Source: an uncultured virus (IMG/VR IMGVR_UViG_3300025771_003046) (lineage: Duplodnaviria > Heunggongvirae > Uroviricota > Caudoviricetes). From it: DNA of 20,000 nucleotides. Location: the IMG/VR virus record IMGVR_UViG_3300025771_003046. One strand, 5' to 3'. Under the pieces are notes generated by a model. It did no database searches. It had not been told where the DNA came from and saw only the letters and a list, made by a program, of their open reading frames with translations. Numbering within the stretch: the first letter of the stretch is position 1; every line of letters begins with the position of its first letter. Made by a program: the position numbers and the translations under genes. Positions 1 to 10,200 of this stretch are shown here, piece by piece.

Positions 1-83
1 AAAACGACTCAATTAAGTGTCGATCAAATATCGATGCACCAATAAGATTAAGTTTAAGCTTGCTGGAGACTGAGGATGTCTAG
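1..83 (+). CDS. 3' end of a small phage structural/adaptor-like protein (5'-truncated by the window)
   Basis: Frame +3 is open from base 3 to TAG 81-83 and reads ...NDSIKCRSNIDAPIRLSLSLLETEDV*. It overlaps the next ATG (76) by 8 nt. The ending resembles the 'xDSIx...LxLSxLET' C-terminus I recall from small proteins that precede LSGRV-type genes in T4-like cyanophages (memory, not a search). Confidence 0.6.
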   Translation, partial: NDSIKCRSNIDAPIRLSLSLLETEDV

Positions 84-723
84 AGGAATAGGGTTACTCA
101 GTGGTAGAGTAACTAAGACACCGCCAACAGAAGTTGAATCTGTTGCGCCGGATAGATTTACGTTTATTGATGTTTCAACTGCTGAGGCAGACCTAGGCGT
201 ACCTCCTGGCAACGACTACTTTCTTACCTCTGATACAGTCGGTAACAGATCATGGTTACCTCCGGGGTCACTAGGATTAAACGGTGAAGAAAACGAACTT
301 GTTTTTATTAAAAACGGCGTAAGTGCATCAACTACTAATATAGAATACGACGAAGTTACTGATAGTATAAAATTTCATAATTCTTATCAGCAACGAGGTA
401 CTGCTAAAGTAATATCAGATGACAGTTCTTTTACTGACGGAGTAATTGCAACGTTTGATAAAAACTCTTTTGGCAGTGCAAAATATATTGTGCAGGCTGA
501 CACACCTTCACGTAAAAGACAAATAAGTGAACTACTTTTAGTTCATGACGGTACCAATGCTTCGGCAACAGAATTCGGTGTTATACACACTACAGACCTT
601 CCTATTGCTGAATTTGATGTAGATATTGAAGGTGATTTAGTAAGATTATTAGCAACAAATGCTATAGATGATTCTACCGAAAATGTAAGTTTTCGTATAG
701 TAGAAATGCTGATGCTAATCTAA
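76..723 (+). CDS. Putative phage virion structural protein (215 aa): N-terminal LSGRV...DRF...AExDLGxP motif plus C-terminal SAKY...HDG...TEFG beta-domain
   Basis: ORF with GGAG SD at 65-68 and tandem TAA TAA stops (721-726). N-terminus reads LLSGRVTKTPP..DRFTFIDVSTAEADLGVP..FLTSDTVGNRSW. C-terminal domain reads IATFDKNSFGSAKYIVQA..QISELLLVHDGTNASATEFGVIHT..IAEFDVDIEGDLVRLLAT. I recognise both as recurrent in structural proteins of T4-like marine phages; exact function unknown. Confidence 0.8.
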   Translation: MSRGIGLLSGRVTKTPPTEVESVAPDRFTFIDVSTAEADLGVPPGNDYFLTSDTVGNRSWLPPGSLGLNGEENELVFIKNGVSASTTNIEYDEVTDSIKFHNSYQQRGTAKVISDDSSFTDGVIATFDKNSFGSAKYIVQADTPSRKRQISELLLVHDGTNASATEFGVIHTTDLPIAEFDVDIEGDLVRLLATNAIDDSTENVSFRIVEMLMLI

Positions 724-755
724 TAAAACAGTACATTATTATCCGCTTAAGCTTC

Positions 756-787
756 AATTGGCATAAATACCTTACAGCATGCCAATT
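756..787. repeat. Perfect 9-bp inverted repeat AATTGGCAT / ATGCCAATT with a 14-nt loop
   Basis: Arms at 756-764 and 779-787 are exact reverse complements. The ATAAATA box overlaps the left arm and loop, and the right arm ends just before the GGGGAG SD at 789-794. Confidence 0.8.
762..770 (+). promoter_or_regulatory. T4-type late promoter-like box (CATAAATAC; T4 consensus TATAAATA)
   Basis: 7/8 match to the T4 gp55 late promoter, in the only sizeable intergenic gap, about 35 nt upstream of the 805 start and so upstream of the small fibre gene and the giant gene. Confidence 0.55.
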
Positions 788-804
788 AGGGGAGAGTGAA
801 CCGG

Positions 805-1248
805 ATGGCTAATAATAAAAAGTTCGTAGTCAAAAATGGACTACGCACCCATAACATTGACTTTACAACAACAGATTTGACAAAAACCATTCTTATGGAT
901 ATTGACAATCTAGGTGATCTAAATGTTATCGGTGAGGGCAAAATCGTAGTAGGCGATTATGATGACAGTAGTAGTGTCATCGATCCTACAACTAAAATTG
1001 AGGTAATAGGTAATATTACAGCTTTTAAAGTAAAAGCTGATTTCCAGGGGGATGTGTTTGGGCAAGACTCTTCTCGACTTGTGGACTCTAATAACGGAGA
1101 GTTTAACGGATTTTTAAATGGGCAAGTAAGTAGTTTAGATAATCATACAACTGATGATCTAGATGAGGGCACACAAAATCTTTACTTTACGAAACAGAGA
1201 GCAAGACGTGAAGCAAGAATAATGGCACTGATCTTTGGGAGTAACTAA
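805..1248 (+). CDS. Small fibre-like/adaptor phage structural protein (147 aa from ATG 805; alternative GTG start at 796)
   Basis: GGGGAG SD at 789-794 lies 10 nt before ATG 805, which favours it over GTG 796. N-terminus MANNKKFVVKNGL; internal ADFQGDVFGQDSSRLVD is the same repeat type as in the giant ORF; HTTDDLDEGTQNLYFTKQRAR is a fibre motif; the protein ends in hydrophobic IMALIFGSN. Confidence 0.8.
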   Translation: MANNKKFVVKNGLRTHNIDFTTTDLTKTILMDIDNLGDLNVIGEGKIVVGDYDDSSSVIDPTTKIEVIGNITAFKVKADFQGDVFGQDSSRLVDSNNGEFNGFLNGQVSSLDNHTTDDLDEGTQNLYFTKQRARREARIMALIFGSN

Positions 1249-1251
1249 TAT

Positions 1252-4200
1252 ATGTCTTTTATAAGCACGACAAGAGTAATAGAGAACAATCAAGAGGTTT
1301 TATTCGAAGGCCCATTAGATAAAGAAAGTAATGTACACACAGTTGCCGTACTGAATGAAGGTGTTTCGCCTAATTCTACAACCGATCCAATTAAAGTTAC
1401 ATTAAGTCTTTATGATGCATCTGAGCCCGCGACAAGACCTTTTGCGATACTAGAAGTTGCTCCAGGTACTGATGCACAGTATACTAAAGTTATAAACATA
1501 CGTCCTGGAGATCAACTAAGAGCCGAAACTGATGGTGGTGAAGTCACTATTATGATCGGCGCTTTCGTTGATGAAGATACTCTAGTAACAAGTATTTTTA
1601 ATATAACAGGGCAGTATGATCATACAGTTACATATCAACCATATGATGTTGCATATTATCTTGGGTCAACATATGTTAATACAACAGTAGACCAAACTGC
1701 TGTATATCCTACACAAGTTAATGGCGGTTGGACACCTTTAGGTTCTGGATTTAACGCATATGGTGAATTTGATCCACTTGTATTATATCCGCCGTTGTCT
1801 GTTGTTAAGTGGGCTAACAATGTTTATGTTACAGTTACAGGATCTCCTGTTGGAGTTTATCCGAATGATTATAACAGTACGTGGATTTCTTTTACATCAT
1901 TAACAAGTGACGAAATTCCAGATACGTCTGGTGTAAGTGCAAACGTTGCCGCAAGTATTACAATACTTAATAACAGATTAAACACACTTACTACAACTGA
2001 AGTCCCAGAAGCATCTGATGCCGATTTAGAAGCAGCATCAGGATTTGAAAATGCTTACTTTACTAGAGCTAGAGCTCGTGAATCTATTAGTGTAACAGGT
2101 GACTTAATTTATGATGTTAACACTGGTGTATTATCGGCTCAAACATTAACACAAGATGATGTTAATATATTCATTGACAATAGAGTGTCAAAATCATTTG
2201 TTGATGCATTAGGAGTTGATGCAGATACAGTTGATGGAATTGAAGGCACAGTATTAGCACGAACTGATATATCTCCAACATTTAGTCAAAACATTATAGT
2301 TTCAGGAGAAATGCGTGGCGACCTACGTGGTAATGTATTAGCTGACGATAGTAGTATTATAATCAATCATGCTACAAAAGAAATTAACGGACGTTTCGAA
2401 GGTACACTAATTGCAGCAAATAGTGATGTTATTTTAAATACAGGTATAGATGGTTTTGACGCTACGTTCACTGGTACTACATTTGGTGAACATAGAGGTG
2501 ATGTTTTATCAGACGATTCGAATGTAATCATTGATGCTAGTTCAGGATTAATAAGCGGTGACTTAGAAGGTAACGTCACTGCAACCTTTGGTGTGTCACG
2601 ATTTAATGATATTATTACTGATAACATTATTGTTCAAGAAGAATTACAAGTTGCTAACATTTTAGGTAACATTACGTCAACAGGTGTTAGTACATTTAAT
2701 AACGTTGATATTAATGGCGGTTATATTGATAACGCTGTTATAAACACAACTAATATTACAGGTACAACTATTGTAGGTACCTATATAGAAGCACAAACTG
2801 GTGGATTTAGAGGTGATATTCTATCTACAGGTACATCACGTTTCAACGACTTGATCGTTACAGGTGATCTAACATTTAACACATTAGAGGTACAAGCACT
2901 TGCTGACTTTAAATCTCTTGTAAATATCGACGGCGGACTTACAGTTGGCGGAACACTTAACGTTACTGGTGGAACTACATTTGGTAATATTAATGTTACT
3001 GGTGGACAAATTAGTGGCGTTACTTTGGGTAGTGGATCTTATCCAGTTGATATCGTTGCAGATGATGTAACAATTTTAAATTCATTTACTGCTACAGATG
3101 TTACTGCTGAATTTTCGACATTAATAGTTACAGACGAAATGACAGGTGATGTCAGCGGTAACTTGAGAGGAAATGTATTATCACAAGATGGTACAACTGT
3201 TATAATAGATGCATTTGCTGGAATTATCAGAGGCGACTTAGTCGGCGACACAGTAGGACAACATACTGGTAATGTTGACGGTAATGTTGTAGGTAATGTA
3301 ACAGGTAATGTTACTGCTGCTGCTGGACTATCGTCATTCTCTAGTATGAATGCACAAATTGGTGACATTGCTGCTCTTGAAGCAGGCTCATTAACAGTTA
3401 CTGGTGCAGCAAGTTTTACAGGTGATCTAACATTTGACACACTACAAATTGCTTCATTAGCAGTTAATAACACATTGACAGTTTCTGGTATTTCAACCCT
3501 TGGATCAGTAGACATCGGCGGCGGCACAATGGATGCTGTAACAATCGGTGGCAATGTGCCTGCAAGTGTTACTGGTACAATTTTTACCGGTGACAAAATG
3601 TTTGCTGATTTATTTACAGGTAGCCTAAAGGGTGTCGTAGAAGGATCAGTTGAAGGTGACTTATACGGTAATGTCCTAGGATTAGATAGTTCAATCGTTC
3701 TAAATACAAGTACTGCAAGAGCTACATTAGATGCTGATGTTACTGGACAGATTGATGCAACAGCAAATGGTGGCGGCGAAAGTAGATTTGATGATATAAC
3801 CATTACTGGTGTATTTTCGTTACAAGGCGGCGGCCAACTTACGGGTGATCTAACAGGTAATGTAGTAGGTGACGTTACAGGTGATGTATATGCAAGTAAC
3901 GGAGATAAGATTTTAGAAACAGGCAACGGAACAACTATTCCTGCAAAGTTAACAGGTAATGTAGAAGGCGAAGTATTAGGTACATTTACTGGTACAGCTT
4001 CTGGAGACTTCACAGGTGATGTATTTGCTTACGATTCAACTAAAATGCTTGATGCGTTTTCTAATATATTGAGGGGTGATTTAGTTGGTAATGTAAGTGG
4101 TAATGTTTTAGGCGATTTAACAGGTAATGTTAACACTACAGGAACTCAAAGCGATGGTTTCTTTAGAAACTTAACAGTTGAAGATACACTTACATTTCCA

Positions 4201-7200
4201 TCATTGAATATTTCGACAATTGATTCAGATAACATTGATGTTGATAATGCAATATTAGATGTTGTAACAATCGGCGCTGGTATAACTACTGGTACAATTG
4301 ACAACACTACTATTGGTGCTACAACCCCAAGAGGTGGTGTATTTACTACATTACAAGGTGCAATTATTGAAGCATCGAGTGAGTTTAGAGGTAACATTGT
4401 ATCATCAGGATCTTCTAGATTTAACGAGCTTATTGTTACTGGCGATTTTGTAGCAAACTTACGTGGTGATATTATTGCTGAAGATTCAAGTGTAATTGTT
4501 AACAATGCAACAAAAACATTTTATGGAACACTACAAGGTACAACAGTTGGAACACTACAAGGTAATGTTATAGCAACTTCAGGACTAAGCGAATTTAATA
4601 GTATAAACGTAGCACAAGAAATATCAGGTACATTAAGAGGCGATGTAGTTGCACCTGATAGTACATTGTTAATTGATATATCTAGTCAAAATATAAACGG
4701 TAACGTAATAACAGCAACAGGTGGATTTAGTGGAGAGATTACTGGAACACTAGTAGGAGACATTAAGGCTACTGGTGGCCAGGTTGTTTTAGATTCAGGT
4801 ACTGATGGCACAGATGCAACATTTGCAGGAAACGTAACAGGTAACGTTTTAAACACACTAGGTGAAACAGTACTAGATGCTAATGCTGAAAGACTTACAG
4901 GTACATTAGCAGGTAATGTATACGCAATAGACGGAATATCACAAATACTAGACTCAGGCACAGATGGTACTGATGCTGTATTTACTGGACAAGTAATCGG
5001 AGATGTTACTGGGAATGTCACAGCCTCGTCAGGTGTTTCTAACTTTAATAATATAGTTATTGCTAACGAAGCAGTAGGTAATTTTAAAGGTAATGTTCTT
5101 GCAGCAGATAGTTCTGTACTTGTTAATTATCTTGACTCGTCGATCACTGCTGCTACGATTACAGCAACAGGTAATTTTGTAGGTGACGTAATCGGTAATG
5201 TCGATACAAGAACAGTTGATGTTAACACAAGAAGTTATTTCCAAAACATCACAGTGTTGGGCGAAATTGACCTTAGTGGCGCATCAGGTAATATTACTGC
5301 TGATATTGAAGGTACTTTAAAAGGTAATGTTGTTTCTACAACAGGTGACCCTAATGCTGCTGATGTATTATTATTAGATGCTGCTGGTAGATCGATTCTT
5401 AATATGGCATCAATTAGTTCTAATGAATTTACTGGTGACGAATTTATTGGTGATTTCCTTGGAGATTTATATTCTGCAGACGGATCATTTAGAGTATTAG
5501 ATACAGGTGCAACAGGAAATCAAGCATATTACATCGGTGATATGAGAGGTAATGTACAAGGTAACTTACTCGGTGATGATTCGTCGGTAATTGTAAATTA
5601 TGTTTCGGGTGACATTAATGGTAGAGTAGTTAGTTCTTCTCAAGGATTTCAAGGTAAAATTGAAGATCCAAATAACAATATGTCCTCTTTGTATGACTTA
5701 ACAATTCGTAATAATTTATTTGTTGAAGGCACAACTACTACCGTTAATACTGATAACTTAGATATTAAAGATAATACAATTGTTTTAAACAAAGGACAAA
5801 GCGACGGAGTTACTGGTGTTGTACTAGGTACAGCAGGTATCCAAATTGACAGAGGCAACGGCGTAGATGCAAACCTACTTTGGACGGAAGACGGCGGCGC
5901 TGGCTATTGGGACTTTACAAATACTGCTCAAGTAAGAGGTGCATTTAGAGGTAATGTCACAGGTGATGTTTATAGTCCCTTTAATTCAGGAACTCCTATT
6001 CTAGACACAGGTACTGCAACTTTACCTGCTACATACATAGGTAATGTTGTAGGTGATATAGAAGGTAACGTAACTGTTGGCGCTGGCTTGTCTAGTTTCT
6101 TTAGCGTAAATGTTGAAGAAGAAATTGCTGGTAATTTACGTGGTAACGTATTAGCAAACGACAGTACTAAGATTATTGATTTTATTAACAGTAATATCTA
6201 TGGTGCTACAATTTCAGCAACTGCTGGATTTAGTGGTGATGTATTTGGTAATATTGATGCTAGAGGAGAAAGTTCTGCAAGTTATAGTTATTTCCAAAAC
6301 CTTAGTGTATCAGGTGACATCCAATTTGATAGTTTAAACATTGCTACACTTGAAGTAGGTACTGATTTAAACGTAGGTAACAATGTAGATGTTACTGGTC
6401 AAATTACAGCAGGTAGTGTAGATATTGCTGGTGGTGAAATAGACGGCACAATTATAGGTTCAAATGTTGCTTCTGCTGCTAGTGTAACTACTCTTACAGT
6501 AACCACTGGTGATATTAATGTTACTCAAGGTACTATTAATATTACACAAGGTAACTTGAGTGCTGATACTATTTTTGCTGTTACTGATTTTAGAGGTAAT
6601 TTAGTAGGTAATGTTACTGGTAGTTTATCAGGCGGCACTGTAACAGGTGACGTTTATGGTAACCTTTATCGCCCAGGAGGCACTACTCCTGTTCTTAATA
6701 CTGGTACAGGCGGAGTTGAACCTCGACTTTACGGTAATGTAACAGGTAATGTTACAGGTGACGTATTAGGTGATGTAACAGGTAACGTGCAAGGTGTATT
6801 ATACGGTAGTGTTATAAGTGAAGATAGCACAACAACTATTGTTAATGCTTCGTCTGGTTTAATTACAGGTGACATTAATTCATCAGGTACATCTACTTTT
6901 AATAATATTGTTGTTGAAGGCGCATTAGACTTTACAACATTTGCTCTTAACGAAATTACAGTTAACACACTTCTACAGGTTGACGGCACTGCTAACTTAA
7001 CAGTAGCAAATATATTTGCTGGTAATATTGATAACACTAGAATAGGCGTTACAACTCCTTCAACTATTAAGGGTACTGTTATTGAAGCAACTACTAAGTT
7101 TGTCGGTGACATTGCAGGTGAAGTAGATGGTAACGTTACTGGAGACTTAAGAGGTAATATAATAGGTGAAGATAGTTCAGTTATTGTAGATAATGATCTT

Positions 7201-10200
7201 AAAAGATTTACAGGTAATTTACTAGGTGATGTATATACAACCGATGGTGTGACATTATTTAATATTTTAGATTCAGGAACAGACGGCACAGATGCATCTA
7301 TAATTGCAGATGTTAAAACACCTTTAGGTGCAACTATCGTTGATACAAGTGCTGCTACTGTCACAGCAACAGGCGGCTTTACAGGCCAAATAGATGCGTC
7401 AGCTCCGGGCACTTCTCAATTCCATACAGTAACAGTTTCAAACAATTTAAGTGTTCCGGGAACTGTAAATGTTACTCAAACAGTTGAAGCATCAGGCGGT
7501 ATCGAAAATACTTCAATAGGTGCAGGAAATACAGAATCAACTGGTGCGTTTACATCTATTACTACAACTGGAGCCGTTACTGTTGGCGGAGACTTAATAG
7601 TACAAGGTAATACAGTTACGTTAAATACTTCGACATTAGACGTTGAAGATTTAAACATTACTGTTGCAAAAGGTGCTGCAAACGCTGCTGCTGCTGATGG
7701 CGCAGGCCTAACAGTTGATACAGCAGGAGCATGGATACAATATAAGAATCCAAGTGATCAATGGCGCTTTAATAAAGATATAGATTTAACAACAGAAAAC
7801 GTAAGACTATTAGGTAACATTACTTCAACTGGTGTTTCAAACTTTAGTGGTACAGCAAACTTTAGTGGCACAGTCGATATGGCGGGTGCAACGATCAATA
7901 ACTCAACTTTCCAAAATATGGATGTTGCTGCAACATCAGAGTTTAGCGGAAATATGACATTAGATACTGCTGCAAACTTTACAATGATAAATGCCGCTGG
8001 TACTCCAGTAACAGTATTTTCAATCGACGGATCAAATGGTAATACTACGATTTCACAGGGCGGACAGTTTGAGATATTAGATACGTTATCTGCTTCGATG
8101 TTTAGTGTAGACGGCGGCACAGGAAATACGTTAGTTACAGGTACACTTGGTGTAGACGGCATAGTTAGTATTAATAACACAACAGGATCTACTACTACAA
8201 CAACGGGTGCGCTAATTGTAGACGGCGGTGTCGGCATAGCAGAAAACTTATTCATAGGCGGCAACTTAGATGTTGCTGGCAATGCAGTTATTTCAGGTAA
8301 TTTAACTTTTGGTGATGCTGCAACTGATACAGTAGCATTTGGCGCTGATATTAATAGTAGTATCATTCCAGATATAAACAACACATACGATTTAGGTAGT
8401 TCGGCACAGGCTTGGAGAGAACTTTATCTTACACAAAATATTAACTTTAAAGGTGCAACAGGTGATAATGAAATTATTGTTCCAACAAATTTATTTGATG
8501 CTCTAAGTATTAAAGATGATGCTAATACAAGCATAATTGACGTTGAAACAACTACAGGTGCTCCGGTTGTAAAAATTAACCCGAATACAACCGTTGCTGG
8601 CACTCTTGATGTTACAGGTGAAACTACACTAGCAAGTGCAATTATCAGTGATGTAAATCCAAGTAGAGTTGTACTATCAGGCGGTAGTAAAGAAATAAGT
8701 TACAGTGATCAATTTACATATTCAGCAGGCGCTGGAGTAATTGATGTAGACATTACTGGTAGTTTAGCAGTTGACAACTTAACATTTGATGGAAATACAA
8801 TTTCAAGTACAGATTCGAATGGCGCTATTATACTTGATCCGCAAGGTTCTGGTGTAGTTACAGTAAATGCTAACACAACAATAAGTGGCACATTTACAAG
8901 CACAGGGCTTGCAAGCTTAGATAACGGTATTGATGTTAATGGTGCTGTGTTTACAGTTTCTAACACAGGTGCAGTTAATACTACATCAACATTAGATGTT
9001 ACTGGTCTTGCATCCCTTGATGGCGGAATTGACGTCGACGGTGCCTTTACTGTGGCAAATACAACAGGTAATATTACAACCTCAGGCACACTAGACATAA
9101 CAGGCACAACTACTTTAAGAAATACGGTCGGCATACAAGGTATTACAACTATAAGTAACGCTAATGATGCGTCTAATGCAACTTCAGGAGCATTAATAGT
9201 TTCAGGCGGCGCAGGAATTGCTAAAAAATTATTTGTTGCCGGCGACTTTGAAGTCGGCACAAATAGATTTAATGTAGCAGCAACTACAGGTGATACAACT
9301 GTAGCAGGTGACTTTACTGTTACTAGCGGAACAGCATTCTTAGACGGTGGCATTAATGTTGATAGTGGTGCATTTATTGTGGCAAATACAACAGGTGATA
9401 TTACAACCCTCGGTGATATTAGTATAGCAGATAGTAAGAAGTTACTAATTGGTACAGGAAACGATTTAGAAATCTTCCATGATGGTTCTAATTCTTTTAT
9501 TAAAGATGTTGGTGCAGGTAATTTAACAATAGCAACAGATGTACTAACACTTACAAAGGGTGACGGTACTAAAACAACAGCAGTATTAGATGCAGATGGT
9601 GCAACTGAACTTTATTACAATAATACAAAAAGATTTGAAACTACACTTGTAGGAGCAGATGTTACCGGAACATTCAACACTTCAGGACTTGCAACTTTAG
9701 ATTCGGCTGTAATATCAGATTTACCTGCTAACAGAATTGTATATACAAGTGGTGCAAATGGTAGACTAATTAGCACAGCAGATTTTGTAATAGACGGCAC
9801 ATCATTAAATGTAGGCTCAAATAATTTTGTTGTTACAGCAGCAACAGGTAACACTGCTATAGTTGGTACTTTAGACGTAACTGGCGAAACAACAGTAGGT
9901 AACTTAGTTGCTGACGATATAAAGTTAGGCGATGGCGAAAAGATACAATTTGGTAATGCACAAGATTTAGAAATTTATCACGACGGATCTAATAGTTATA
10001 TACATGAATCTGGTACAGGAGGTTTGATCCTAAGATCTGCCAACTCAATTCTTTTCCAAGACGCTACTAGTACAAAAACAGCCATGTCATTAACTGCTAA
10101 CGGTAGCCAGATATTATACCATAATGATGTTCAAAGATTTCAAACAACTGTCTCTGGCGCAGATATAACAGGTGATGTTGACATCTCTGGCACTTTAGAT

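Noticed and set aside
756..787. Hairpin as an intrinsic terminator
   Set aside because: The stem is AT-rich with a 14-nt loop and has no following U-tract on either strand.
796..804. GTG 796 as the start of the second ORF, as given in the track
   Set aside because: It lies only 1 nt from the GGGGAG SD, while ATG 805 has normal spacing and gives the MANNKKFVVKNGL N-terminus.
1246..1254. Possible stop read-through or pseudogene split, since the 147-aa ORF and the giant ORF share a frame and are separated only by TAA TAT
   Set aside because: The giant ORF has its own GGGAG SD 10 nt upstream, TAA is the least leaky stop, and both termini look like natural protein ends. Two separate genes is the simpler reading.
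9051..9408. Diversity-generating retroelement template/variable repeat pair or CRISPR-like array
   Set aside because: The repeats are only about 20-57 nt, in-frame and coding, with no regular spacers, and no reverse transcriptase or cas gene is present in the window.
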